From: Gemmatimonadales bacterium
Lineage (GTDB): Bacteria; Gemmatimonadota; Gemmatimonadetes; Gemmatimonadales; GWC2-71-9
DNA: 64,000 nt
NCBI GenBank assembly: GCA_035491815.1
Contig: DATJKA010000047.1
Span: forward strand, 12,496 to 76,495
Reading direction: 5' to 3'
Shown here: positions 18,065-26,786 of the stretch, in pieces
Layout: every line of letters starts with the position of its first letter
How positions within the stretch are numbered: the stretch's first letter is position 1
Position numbers and translations under genes: made by a program
The notes under the pieces: model-generated
The model's database searches: none
The model's input: only the letters and a program-made list of their open reading frames with translations
What the model was told of the DNA's origin: nothing

Positions 18065-19701
18065 CGATTCCGCACGGGGGACGCAGCGGGTTGGGTCGCG
18101 GCGAGCGTGAGCAGATCCTGCGGCGTCTTCGCCTTGTCGGCGAGCGCCAGCGCGCGCTTCACCTGCTGGTCGTCCGCCATTCGCCGGCGGAATTCCACCG
18201 AGCGACCGAACGAATAGCGCGCGGCTTCGTAGCCGAGCTCCTGTCCGATCAGTGTGCGGGCGCCGGCGACGGCGGAGTCAGGCACGACCCCACCTTTTGC
18301 ACGGACGCGCCGCACGATCTCGTCGATCATGGCATCGGTGACGACGAAGTTCGGCGACGTGAGCCTCTTGCTCTCTTTCAGCTCGAGCGCATAGGTCGCG
18401 ATCGCGTCCCGGTACAGCGGAATCTTGTCGCCCAGCGCGCGAATGAACGTGCGCTCCGCGGTCGTGAACGTATCGGCCACGATGAAGACGTCGGGCTTGA
18501 TGCCGCCGCCGCCGTAGATCGTCCGGCCGGCGTCGGTATGGAAGACCGCCGACGAATCGATCTTGGTGGAATCCTGGCCCGGCAACCGCGGGCCGCGCTG
18601 GTCCGCGATGACCTGCGCCTCCTGCTCCGCCTCGCTGTGCGTGACGCGTTGAATCGTACGACCACTGGGCGTATACCAGCGCGCCGTCGTCAGCTTGAGG
18701 CCGGTCTCCGGCGTGAGGCGCCAGAACGATTGCACCAGACCTTTGCCGAACGTGGGCGTGCCGATCAGCACGGCGCGATCGTGGTCCTGCAGCGCGCCGG
18801 AGATGATTTCTGCGGCGCTGGCCGTCCCGCCATTCACGATCACGACGATCGGGAGCCGCGGCCATTGCTGCGCATTCTTGTCGTCGAATTCATGCGAGGA
18901 GCCGGGCGCGCGCCCGCGCGTCGCGACGATTTCCTTGCCGGGATCGAGGAACAGATCCGACACCGCGACACCCTGATCGAGCAAGCCACCGGGGTTGTTG
19001 CGCAAATCGAAGATCAGCGAGCGCATCCCCTGCTTCTCGAGCGTGTCGATCGCTTCGGAGACTTCGCGCGTCGAGTTCTCGCTCACCGGATTCAGGGAGA
19101 TGTAGCCGACGCGGTCGTCGAGCATCATCGCGATCTGGACCGAGCGAATGTGGATCGTCGCGCGCGTCAGCTTGAACGTGATCGGCTTGTCGATGCCGGG
19201 CCGGCGAATCTGCAGCTCCGCCGTCGTGCCGGCGGGTCCACGCAACGCTTTGACGGCCGAGTCCTGCTTCCAGCCTTCTGTGGACTGCCCGTTCAGCGCG
19301 ACGATGAGGTCGCCGGTCTGAACGCCGGCGCGCTCGGCCGGCGTGTCGGGTAACGGCGCGACGACGGTGATCCAGCCACCGCGCACGTCGATCTGAATGC
19401 CGAGTCCCGAATAGTTGCCGGTCGTGGCCTCGGAGAGCTGGCGGAAGTCGTCGGGCTTCAAGAAGACCGAGTAGGGATCGTGCAGCTGATCCAGCATGCC
19501 GTCGATCGCCATCTGATACAGCTGGCGCTCGTCGAGCGAATCGACGTAGTAGTCGGCGACGTGCGCCAACACGTCGTCGAACAGGCGTGCCTGCTGGTAG
19601 ACCGAGCCTTCCGGCTCCGTCTGCCGCTGCAGGAACCAGCCGCCGCTCGCGAGCGCGGCCAAGGCGACGACGGCGACCACGGACCATTTATGACGAATCA
19701 T
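18061..19701 (-). CDS. S41 C-terminal processing (tail-specific) peptidase with PDZ domain
   Basis: PDZ segment GLGIQIDVRGGWITVVAPLPDTPAERAGVQTGDLIVALNG. S41 core LIFDLRNNPGGLL, GGTASAAEIISGALQD and TFGKGLVQ. Confidence 0.9.
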   Translation of the reverse strand: MIRHKWSVVAVVALAALASGGWFLQRQTEPEGSVYQQARLFDDVLAHVADYYVDSLDERQLYQMAIDGMLDQLHDPYSVFLKPDDFRQLSEATTGNYSGLGIQIDVRGGWITVVAPLPDTPAERAGVQTGDLIVALNGQSTEGWKQDSAVKALRGPAGTTAELQIRRPGIDKPITFKLTRATIHIRSVQIAMMLDDRVGYISLNPVSENSTREVSEAIDTLEKQGMRSLIFDLRNNPGGLLDQGVAVSDLFLDPGKEIVATRGRAPGSSHEFDDKNAQQWPRLPIVVIVNGGTASAAEIISGALQDHDRAVLIGTPTFGKGLVQSFWRLTPETGLKLTTARWYTPSGRTIQRVTHSEAEQEAQVIADQRGPRLPGQDSTKIDSSAVFHTDAGRTIYGGGGIKPDVFIVADTFTTAERTFIRALGDKIPLYRDAIATYALELKESKRLTSPNFVVTDAMIDEIVRRVRAKGGVVPDSAVAGARTLIGQELGYEAARYSFGRSVEFRRRMADDQQVKRALALADKAKTPQDLLTLAATQPAASPVRNR

Positions 19702-20324
19702 TATGCGCCCCTCAGTGATAGAGCCGTTGCCGCGGCGACTTCCCGCCAGGCGGCGTCCTGGACGGCCTTCTTTGTCTGGCTGGCATCAATATGGACAATC
19801 CCGGGCCCGGATGCGCTACGGTACGCGTCACGGACCCGTGTGTGAAACGTGTCATCTTCACGCTCGATGCGGTCCTTGACCTTGCCGGCGGTCCGCTGGC
19901 GCTCCCGGCCCACCTGAAGCGGCACATCGAGGATGAGCGTCAGGTCGGGCGTCAGACCGCCGGTCGCGATACGGAGGGCCGCTTCGACGTCGGCGCGATC
20001 CAGCCCGCGACCGGCCACCTGGTACGCAATCGTCGAGAGCCCGAAGCGATCGGCGATCACGATTTGCCCGTCCGCCAACGCCGGCCGGATCACCCGCTCG
20101 ACCAGGTCCGCGCGCGCCGCGAGAAAGAGAAACAGCTCCGCACCCCACGCTCGATCATGTCGCGATTTCAAGGCCAGCTTCCGGGCCGCCTCGGCGATCG
20201 GGGTGCCGCCCGGCTCACGCACGGTGAGGACGTCGCGCCCCTCGGCTCGCAACGCCGTGCCGAGCCAGCGCACGAGCGTCGATTTGCCGGCTCCTTCGGG
20301 CCCTTCGACGACGACAAACGTCAT
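19701..20324 (-). CDS. tmk: thymidylate kinase
   Basis: FVVVEGPEGAGKSTLV (P-loop), REPGGTPIAE and DRFGLSTIAYQ. Confidence 0.92.
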   Translation of the reverse strand: MTFVVVEGPEGAGKSTLVRWLGTALRAEGRDVLTVREPGGTPIAEAARKLALKSRHDRAWGAELFLFLAARADLVERVIRPALADGQIVIADRFGLSTIAYQVAGRGLDRADVEAALRIATGGLTPDLTLILDVPLQVGRERQRTAGKVKDRIEREDDTFHTRVRDAYRSASGPGIVHIDASQTKKAVQDAAWREVAAATALSLRGA

Positions 20325-20674
20325 CCGAGGGTGATGATCGGGCTTGCCGCGCCCTTTTTGATGCCTTCGTAAATCCGGGCATTAACCCGCGCCATCAACT
20401 TCTCGAAGTTTGCCTGCGCGGCAACCATCTGCTGATACACCGAGTTTCCCTGCACGCTTTGGAGCGCCTGGTCGTACTTCTCGACCTGCTCCTTGGTCGG
20501 TTCTTTCCCTTCTTGCGCGACGCGCTCGATCTCCTGCGCCAGTCGCTCCGCTTCGGCGAGCACTTTTTGGACCGCCTGATCCTCGCGGAGCGCCTCCGTC
20601 GCGCGCCGCAACGCCTTGTATTCGTCGGTCTGACCGAGCACGCGCCCCAGATCTTCGGCCTTCTCTTCGAGCAC
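20321..20674 (-). CDS. YlbF/YmcA-like (UPF0342) helical protein
   Basis: The GTG 20674 start is preceded by AAAGGAGGA and overlaps the prmC TAG by 1 nt. The helical, Glu/Gln/Ala-rich sequence (TDEYKALRRATEAL...NSVYQQMVAAQANFEKLM) resembles the YlbF family. The longer ORF to 20743 would overlap prmC. Confidence 0.55.
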   Translation of the reverse strand: MLEEKAEDLGRVLGQTDEYKALRRATEALREDQAVQKVLAEAERLAQEIERVAQEGKEPTKEQVEKYDQALQSVQGNSVYQQMVAAQANFEKLMARVNARIYEGIKKGAASPIITLG

Positions 20675-21543
20675 TAATCCTCCTTTATAGAGAGCGCATA
20701 CCGGGGACATCCGAACACATCCTCGTGAATCTCCACCGCCCATCCATACTGATGCGCGAGGGCGCGGACTGCGTCCGCCCGCCGCTCGTCGATCTCGATC
20801 GCGAGCAAGCCGCCAGGCTCGAGCAGCCGAGCCGCACCCGCGAAGAGCCCGCGCGTGGCATCCAAGCCACTCGTGCCGCTGACCAGCGCCTCGCGGGGCT
20901 CGAAATCGCGAACCGATGCATCAAGCTGGTCGAATTCCGCCGTCGTCACGTACGGGGGATTGGAGACGATCGCCCGAAAGCGTTCCCCTTTGTCCACCAG
21001 CGGCTCGAGCAGGTTCCCTTCTCGAATCTCGACGGGTGTCTTCGGCGCGACGCGTTGCAGATTCTCACGCGCGAGCGCCACGGCCTGTGCCGAGCGTTCT
21101 ACCGCGATCACGCGCTCGAAGTTGCCTTCGACGCCGAGCGACAGCGCGACGCATCCGGAGCCGGTGCCAATGTCGGCAGCGAGTCCCCAGCTCCCGGCTC
21201 CCAGCTCCCGGCTCCCGTAGTTCAGTACGAGCTCGACGAGTCCTTCCGTCTCCGGCCGCGGAATCAGTGCGCGCGGATCGATCTTCAGATCCAACGTGCG
21301 AAATCCGACGGATCCGGCGGCGTACGCGAACGGGGCGCCGCCCCTGCGCTGCTCCACTGCTTTCCAAAACCGCGCGACGACGTCCGGTGCCGCCTCAGAC
21401 TCTCGTCGCAACCAGACCTCGGCCGGACTCACGCCCGCCGCCGCCGCCCAGAGCGCGGTAGCTTCGCCATCCGGGAGATCGCCCTCTCCCGACGCCTTGG
21501 TGAGCTCGTCGGCGATGCGGCGCAGCACACGCACCTCAGACAC
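20674..21543 (-). CDS. prmC: release-factor glutamine N5-methyltransferase PrmC/HemK
   Basis: Motifs IPRPETEGLVE, DIGTGSGCVALSL and IVSNPPYV (NPPY). It lies directly downstream of prfA. Confidence 0.9.
   Translation of the reverse strand: MSEVRVLRRIADELTKASGEGDLPDGEATALWAAAAGVSPAEVWLRRESEAAPDVVARFWKAVEQRRGGAPFAYAAGSVGFRTLDLKIDPRALIPRPETEGLVELVLNYGSRELGAGSWGLAADIGTGSGCVALSLGVEGNFERVIAVERSAQAVALARENLQRVAPKTPVEIREGNLLEPLVDKGERFRAIVSNPPYVTTAEFDQLDASVRDFEPREALVSGTSGLDATRGLFAGAARLLEPGGLLAIEIDERRADAVRALAHQYGWAVEIHEDVFGCPRYALSIKED
21189..21216. repeat. tandem heptamer array (RGCTCCC)x4, equal to an exact 14-nt tandem duplication, inside prmC
   Basis: The sequence reads agctccc ggctccc agctccc ggctccc. 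On the coding (minus) strand it is GGGAGCC/GGGAGCT x4 and encodes GSRELGAGSWG in the variable linker before the SAM-binding GTGSG motif. Confidence 0.7.
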
Positions 21544-22594
21544 CGGCGCGCTCCTTCTCCTGCGCTTCTTTCAGCGCACCGATCAGATCGTCGAGCTTGC
21601 CGTCCATCACTTCGTCGATGTTGTGCGTCGTGAAATGGATGCGATGGTCGGTGACGCGGTTCTGGGGAAAGTTGTAGGTGCGCACCTTCTGCGAGCGGTC
21701 CCCCGTGCCGACCTGCGCTCGCCGGTCACGCGCGCGCGCCGCTTCCTGCTCGGCCACCATGCGGTCGAGGAGACGCGACCGCAGAATCTCCATCGCTTTG
21801 ATTTTGTTCTGGAGCTGGGATTTTTGGTCCTGGCATTTCACTTCGAGGCCCGTCGGCAGATGCGTGACGCGGACCGCACTGTCCGTCGTGTTGACGGACT
21901 GGCCGCCCGGGCCGCCGGAGCGAAACACGTCAATGCGAAGATCTTTCTCTTCGATCTTCAGGTCGACTTCCTCGGCCTCGGGTAGGACCGCGACGGTCGC
22001 GGCAGAGGTATGGATGCGTCCCTGTTGCTCGGTGACGGGAACGCGCTGCACGCGGTGCACGCCGGATTCATAGCGCAGGGTGCCGTACGCTTTCGGCCCC
22101 CGCGCGGCGAACACCGCTTCTTTCAGACCGCCGAGCGTACCCTCGGAGAGCGACAGGATCTCGACCTTCCAACCGCGCCGCTCACAGAACCGGGTGTACA
22201 TCCGGAAGAGATCGGCGGCAAACAGCGCCGCCTCGTCGCCGCCGGTGCCGGCGCGGATTTCGACGATCGCGTCGCGGTCGTCGAACGGATCGCTGGGCGT
22301 GAGCAGCTCGTCGAGCTCGTCTTCGAGCCGCTCGAGTTGGGGGGCCAGACGCTCGACGTCGGCGCGCGCAAGCTGCGAGAGCTCGGGATCCTTGTCGCCG
22401 AGCACCTCACGGGCCTGCGCCAGCTCGCCCTCGAGACGCTCCATCCGCTGATGGGCGAGCCGAATGGCCTCGAGCTGCGCGTGCTCGCGGCCGAGCTGCT
22501 TCCGTTTGGCTGGATTCCGCGCGGTGGCGGGGTCGGCCAGCTGCCGGGCGACCTCCTCCGCCCGCGCGAGCGCTTGGCGGAGTCTGTCGTCCAC
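21536..22594 (-). CDS. prfA: peptide chain release factor 1
   Basis: Carries PAVT-class RF1 features and the GGQ motif (SGGPGGQSVNTTDSAVRVTHLPTG). GTG 22594 lies 4 nt after the rpmE stop. The longer ORF to 22720 would overlap rpmE. Confidence 0.92.
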   Translation of the reverse strand: MDDRLRQALARAEEVARQLADPATARNPAKRKQLGREHAQLEAIRLAHQRMERLEGELAQAREVLGDKDPELSQLARADVERLAPQLERLEDELDELLTPSDPFDDRDAIVEIRAGTGGDEAALFAADLFRMYTRFCERRGWKVEILSLSEGTLGGLKEAVFAARGPKAYGTLRYESGVHRVQRVPVTEQQGRIHTSAATVAVLPEAEEVDLKIEEKDLRIDVFRSGGPGGQSVNTTDSAVRVTHLPTGLEVKCQDQKSQLQNKIKAMEILRSRLLDRMVAEQEAARARDRRAQVGTGDRSQKVRTYNFPQNRVTDHRIHFTTHNIDEVMDGKLDDLIGALKEAQEKERAGV

Positions 22595-22598
22595 GACG

Positions 22599-22826
22599 TT
22601 AGCTCGTCCCGGAGGGGGCCTTGTTCCCGTACTTCTGGCGGAAGCGCTCCACGCGACCGGCGGTATCGAGCAACTTCTGCTTGCCCGTGAAGAACGGGTG
22701 GCATTTGGCGCACACTTCAACGTGGATCACGGGCGTGGTCGAGCGCGTCACGAACGTATTGCCGCACGCGCATTGCACGGTGGCCCGCTGGTATCTGGGG
22801 TGGATCCCGGGTTTCACTGCTCGCAT
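22599..22826 (-). CDS. rpmE: 50S ribosomal protein L31 (bL31)
   Basis: [51 protein letters not shown] is the bL31 signature. The upstream part of the ORF (to 22970) is a non-coding extension. Confidence 0.9.
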   Translation of the reverse strand: MRAVKPGIHPRYQRATVQCACGNTFVTRSTTPVIHVEVCAKCHPFFTGKQKLLDTAGRVERFRQKYGNKAPSGTS

Positions 22827-22860
22827 CCTTGCCTGAAAGTCGAACGGAATGAAGTGCGGA

Positions 22861-22890
22861 AATATAGCTGGCGCACGAACTTGGGGGCAA
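22861..22890 (-). promoter_or_regulatory. candidate sigma-70-type promoter for the rpmE-prfA-prmC chain
   Basis: On the minus strand the sequence is TTGCCC-N18-TATATT, about 35 nt upstream of ATG 22826. This is pattern match only. Confidence 0.3.
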
Positions 22891-22910
22891 GGCTTAGGAT
22901 TGCCGTTCGA

Positions 22911-22939
22911 TTGACACCGCCCCTGCAAGGCCGTAAGCT
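22911..22939 (+). promoter_or_regulatory. candidate sigma-70-type promoter for the Crp/Fnr-family gene
   Basis: TTGACA (22911-22916)-N17-TAAGCT (22934-22939), followed by an AAGGAGGG SD and GTG 22964. This is pattern match only. Confidence 0.35.
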
Positions 22940-22963
22940 GAGCGCGACCAAGGAGGGTCCGGC

Positions 22964-23641
22964 GTGTCACCCACAGAAGTGCTGCAAAAAGTCCCGCTGT
23001 TCAGCCAGCTCGCCGCCGCCGATCTCCAGCGCGTGGTGGAAGTTGCGCGCGACCGTGCCTATCCCAAGAACTCCGTCATCCTGTTCGAAGACGATCCCGG
23101 TGACGCGCTCTACGTCGTCGCGAAAGGCCAGGTCAAAGTCGTGCTCATCGGTGAGGACGGCCGCGAGGTCATTCTCTCCGTACTCGGCGAGGGCGAGTTC
23201 TTCGGCGAGATGGCATTGATCGACGACGAGCCGCGCTCCGCGCACGTCATCGCCATGGAAGACTCGACGCTGCTCGTGCTGCGCCGCGAAGATTTTCAGG
23301 GAATCCTCGAGCACTCGGCGGGCATCGCGCTCGCGCTCCTGCGGGAGTTGTCGCGCCGCTTGCGGCGCGTGGACGAAAAAGTCGGCAGCCTCGTCCTGCT
23401 CGACGTGCACGGCCGCGTTGCGCAGCTGCTGCTCGACCTCGCCGACGAAACAGACGGCCAGCGCATCACGCGCCGCCTGACTCATCACACCATCGCGCAG
23501 ATGATCGGCAGCTCGCGCGAGACCGTCTCGCGCACGATGCGGGAGCTCGTCGATAAGGGATTGATCGACGTCAGTCGCAAGGACATCGTGATCCGCGATC
23601 GCGGCGCCTTGGAGCAAGCAGCGGGACGTGGCGGCGCGTGA
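22964..23641 (+). CDS. Crp/Fnr-family transcriptional regulator (cNMP-binding + HTH)
   Basis: [38 protein letters not shown] (cNMP-binding domain) and a C-terminal [21 protein letters not shown]. Confidence 0.88.
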   Translation: MSPTEVLQKVPLFSQLAAADLQRVVEVARDRAYPKNSVILFEDDPGDALYVVAKGQVKVVLIGEDGREVILSVLGEGEFFGEMALIDDEPRSAHVIAMEDSTLLVLRREDFQGILEHSAGIALALLRELSRRLRRVDEKVGSLVLLDVHGRVAQLLLDLADETDGQRITRRLTHHTIAQMIGSSRETVSRTMRELVDKGLIDVSRKDIVIRDRGALEQAAGRGGA

Positions 23642-23718
23642 GGCGCGTCACGACCTGCGGGTGAGGCCCAAGCTTGTTCTACATCACTAATTGCCAGTAA
23701 CTTAGCGCGAGTTTCGGC

Positions 23719-24597
23719 GTGCCGACACGCATGGCCTACACGGTGACCTTCTGGGGGACCCGGGGGAGCATTCCGACTCCTGGAGCCGCCACCGCGCGCT
23801 ACGGCGGCAACACGCCGTGTGTGGCAGTGGAGGGCGCTGGCGGCCAACTGGTCGTGCTGGACGCCGGCACGGGGATCCGGGCCTTGGGGCTCGACCTGGT
23901 CGCGAAACAAAATGGCGCCGCGAAAGTCGAAATTCTGCTGTCGCATGCCCATTGGGACCACATTCAGGGGTTGCCGCACTTCAAACCGTTTTTCGCGCCG
24001 GGGAATACGGTGCGCATTTGGGGATCGCGCCAGGGGACGACGTCCCTCGAAGCGATCCTCCGGCAACAAATGGATCCGGCGGTGTTTCCCGTGCCGCTCG
24101 ACGCGCTGTCGGCACAGCTGACGGTGCAGCAGGTCGACACGGACGAGTTTTCGATCGGCGAATTCCGGGTGCGCACGATCAAGCTGCGGCATCCCGGTAC
24201 GACGTTGGGATTCCGGCTCACGCCCGCCACAGTTGGCGGACCGAGCATGGCATACGTGACGGACAATGAGCTGGGCGCCGGCGGTCAGTACCGTGTGGCC
24301 AAGACCTGGCGCCGCGATTTCGTGGCGTTTCTGAAAGGCGTCGATCTGCTGATTCACGACGCGATGTACACGCCCGAGGAGCTCGAGCAGCACCGTGGCT
24401 GGGGGCATTCGACGTATGAGGAAGCCGTGACCCTGGCGCAGGATGCCGGCGCGAAGCAGCTCGTGCTGTTTCACCACGAGCCCGAGCACGGCGACGAAGC
24501 AATGGACGAGCTAGTGGCGGCGGCGCGCAGGTTTGCAAAGGCGCGCGGTGGACTCGCAGTGGATGCCGCCCGGGAAGGTATGCAGGTGACCCTGTGA
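23719..24597 (+). CDS. MBL-fold metallo-hydrolase
   Basis: VTFWGTRGSIPTPG, VVLDAGTG, LLSHAHWDHIQGLPHF and LVLFHHEPEH. Confidence 0.8.
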   Translation: MPTRMAYTVTFWGTRGSIPTPGAATARYGGNTPCVAVEGAGGQLVVLDAGTGIRALGLDLVAKQNGAAKVEILLSHAHWDHIQGLPHFKPFFAPGNTVRIWGSRQGTTSLEAILRQQMDPAVFPVPLDALSAQLTVQQVDTDEFSIGEFRVRTIKLRHPGTTLGFRLTPATVGGPSMAYVTDNELGAGGQYRVAKTWRRDFVAFLKGVDLLIHDAMYTPEELEQHRGWGHSTYEEAVTLAQDAGAKQLVLFHHEPEHGDEAMDELVAAARRFAKARGGLAVDAAREGMQVTL

Positions 24598-24611
24598 CAC
24601 GAGGAGTAGCT

Positions 24612-25307
24612 ATGCGCGCGCGTGCAGTGCTGACGGTCTTCACCCTGGTTCCGGCCCTTCTGGGGGCGCAGCAGCGCGCCCAGGACACTCGGCCAGGCAT
24701 CGCCGTGTTCCCCTTCAACAACGGCGGCTCGTACGGCCAGGGCAAGGAAGACTTCGATGCCTTGGAGCGCGGCATCGCCGGGATGATGATCTCCGAGCTC
24801 GCGCAGAATCCGGCGGCGCGCGTCGTGGAGCGCCAGGAAGTACAGCGCCTCCTCGACGAGCAGAACCTCGGCACCGCCGGTCGCGTCGATCCGCAGACGG
24901 CCGCGAAAGTCGGCAAGCTCGTGGGCGCGCGCTACGCCGTGATGGGCACGTTCATCGATTTCTACGGCGACTTCCGCATCGACGTGCGGCTCGTCAACGT
25001 CGAGACGGGCGAAATCGTGAAGACGGAATCCGATAAGATGCAGCGCGATCATTTGTTCGACATGATCCGCAACATCTCGGCACAGCTGATGAAGGATGCC
25101 AACCTTCCCGCCCTGCAGCGCCAGGCATCCGACCAGCGGATGGGGCGCCAGGTGCCGACCGAGGCCCTGACCTATTACTCGCGGGCGCTGCTGTTCCATG
25201 ACCGCGGGCAGAAGGACAAAGCGATCGACATGTTCCAGCATGCGATCGACATCTTCCCGAACTACACCGAGGCGCAGGAAGGCCTGCAGCGCGAAAAGGC
25301 GTCCTAA
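24612..25307 (+). CDS. secreted protein with TolB-N/CsgG-like domain and a C-terminal TPR-like segment
   Basis: ATG 24612 is preceded by GAGGAG. Signal peptide MRARAVLTVFTLVPALLGAQQ. GIAVFPFNN...VVERQEVQRLLDEQNL...GARYAVMGTFIDFYGDFRIDVRLVNVETGEIV matches the IAVLPF-type TolB-N-like domain. Confidence 0.65.
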   Translation: MRARAVLTVFTLVPALLGAQQRAQDTRPGIAVFPFNNGGSYGQGKEDFDALERGIAGMMISELAQNPAARVVERQEVQRLLDEQNLGTAGRVDPQTAAKVGKLVGARYAVMGTFIDFYGDFRIDVRLVNVETGEIVKTESDKMQRDHLFDMIRNISAQLMKDANLPALQRQASDQRMGRQVPTEALTYYSRALLFHDRGQKDKAIDMFQHAIDIFPNYTEAQEGLQREKAS

Positions 25308-25480
25308 CGAACCCGGTCACGCGGCTCGGTAGATCGACGGCGCGCCGGCTCTCCCGCCTGGGAGCGCTGGCGCGCTTCGGCTTTGGCGCCCTGCGCGCGG
25401 CGTTCCGGCTCACCGCCGCGGGCCGCGCGGTCTCGTTCCGGATCGCGGTCACCCAGATCCGTTTCACCGCGGTCAACGCC

Positions 25481-26083
25481 ATGGGCCTCGTCGCACTGCT
25501 GTCCGGCATTCTGTCGTTTCTCGTGATCTCGCAGGCGACGCGCGAGCTGGGTCGCTTCGGCGCAACCGACTACATCGGCACCCTCATCGTCGTGGCGATC
25601 GTGCGCGAGCTCGGTCCGCTGCTCACGGCCCTCGTCGTCGTCGGCCGCTCGGGCACCGCGATCGCCGCCGAGCTCGCGACCAACCAGGTGATGGGTGAGG
25701 TGCGGGCGCTCGAGGCGATCGGCATCGACCCGAAGCAGTACCTCGTGCTGCCGCGCTTCCTCGGCTCGCTGGTGAGCGTCTTCGCGCTGCTCGTGCTGTT
25801 CGATCTCGTCGCGATCATGGCCGGGTTTGCGGCCGCGCGCTTCAACGGCCTGCCGGGCCCGCGCTATTTCCAGATCGTGCTGCAGTCCCTGAGCAGCCGC
25901 GACGTGTGGCTCACGATCTTCAAGGCCATCGCATTCGGTGCGATCGTCGGCGTCGTGCCCAGCTACTTCGGGCTGTCCGTCCGCCGCGCGTCGACCGAAA
26001 TCCCGATTGCGGCGAGTCGCGCGGTCGTCGCCGCGCTCGTGGGCGTTTTTCTTTGCTCGGCGCTGTTCGTGGCCCTGTCATGA
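25481..26083 (+). CDS. mlaE: MlaE-family ABC transporter permease (minimal extent; true start probably upstream)
   Basis: Motifs GTLIVVAIVRELGPLLTALVVVGRSGTAIAAELATNQVMGEVRALEAIGIDP and YLVLPRFLG. MlaE-like sequence continues in frame upstream to about 25310-25360 with no ATG/GTG/TTG (see finding). Confidence 0.8.
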   Translation: MGLVALLSGILSFLVISQATRELGRFGATDYIGTLIVVAIVRELGPLLTALVVVGRSGTAIAAELATNQVMGEVRALEAIGIDPKQYLVLPRFLGSLVSVFALLVLFDLVAIMAGFAAARFNGLPGPRYFQIVLQSLSSRDVWLTIFKAIAFGAIVGVVPSYFGLSVRRASTEIPIAASRAVVAALVGVFLCSALFVALS

Positions 26084-26763
26084 CCATGCCGGCACCCTTG
26101 GCGTTCGAGGCGCTGCCGATCGCGCGTCATGCGTCCGCCCCTTTTTCACTCGACGTCCCGGAACGGCGCACCGTCGCGGTGCTCGGCGATGAAGACTCGG
26201 GGATCGGGCGGCTCGGCGGCTACGCGCTTGGCCTGGAGCGCCCCGCGACGGGTCGCGCGCTGGTCTTCGGTACGGTGGTGGCGAGCTTGCCGGAGCCCGA
26301 CCGATTGGCCTTCCGCCGCCGTGTGGGATACCTTCCCGCCGGCGACGGTCTACTGCAAAATCTTTCCCTGCGTGACAATGTGGCGCTGCCGTTGCGCTTC
26401 GGCAGCGGCGCGAGCCCTCGCGACATCGAGGGCCGCGTCACCGTCATGTTGACGGCGCTGCGGCTCATGAGCGCGGCGGCGCTGCGGCCGGCCCAGGCGA
26501 ACGAAGAAGAACGGCGGCGAGCGGCACTCGCGCGAGCGATTGCGTTCGACCCGGCGCTGCTGGTGTTGGAACAGCCGTTCGACGGACTGACCGCGCGCGT
26601 GGCGTCGGAGCTGCTGGAGATCGCGCGCGGCGGCGAATCGGCGGAGGGCGCCCGCCGCACGATTTTCATCACCGGACAGGAGATCCCGCCGATCCTCCTG
26701 CGCCGGGTCGACCACGTGTACCGGCTCACGCGTGCAGGGGTGCTCGAGCTCGAGACAGTCTAA
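26080..26763 (+). CDS. MlaF-like ABC nucleotide-binding-domain protein with all catalytic motifs degenerate (pseudo-ATPase)
   Basis: ATG 26080 overlaps the mlaE TGA (ATGA). The ABC-NBD layout is recognisable (RRRVGYLPAGDGLLQNLSLRDNVALPL, RRRAALARAIAFDPALLVLEQPFDGL). Walker A reads GDEDSGIGR, the signature motif reads ANEEE, Walker B reads LLVLEQ and the H-loop reads ITGQ. Confidence 0.7.
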   Translation: MTMPAPLAFEALPIARHASAPFSLDVPERRTVAVLGDEDSGIGRLGGYALGLERPATGRALVFGTVVASLPEPDRLAFRRRVGYLPAGDGLLQNLSLRDNVALPLRFGSGASPRDIEGRVTVMLTALRLMSAAALRPAQANEEERRRAALARAIAFDPALLVLEQPFDGLTARVASELLEIARGGESAEGARRTIFITGQEIPPILLRRVDHVYRLTRAGVLELETV

Positions 26764-26786
26764 GCGGCCCGGGGGACGAGGGACGG

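Noticed and set aside
21187-21202. An identical 16-mer, ccagctcccggctccc, is shared by prmC (21187-21202) and hyuB (30426-30441). Both encode GAGSW. I considered a mobile mini-insertion.
   Set aside because: With a per-base match probability of about 0.3 in this composition, I roughly expect a few exact 16-mer pairs in 64 kb by chance. The hyuB copy lies in a normal-length linker before the conserved YYETIGGG.
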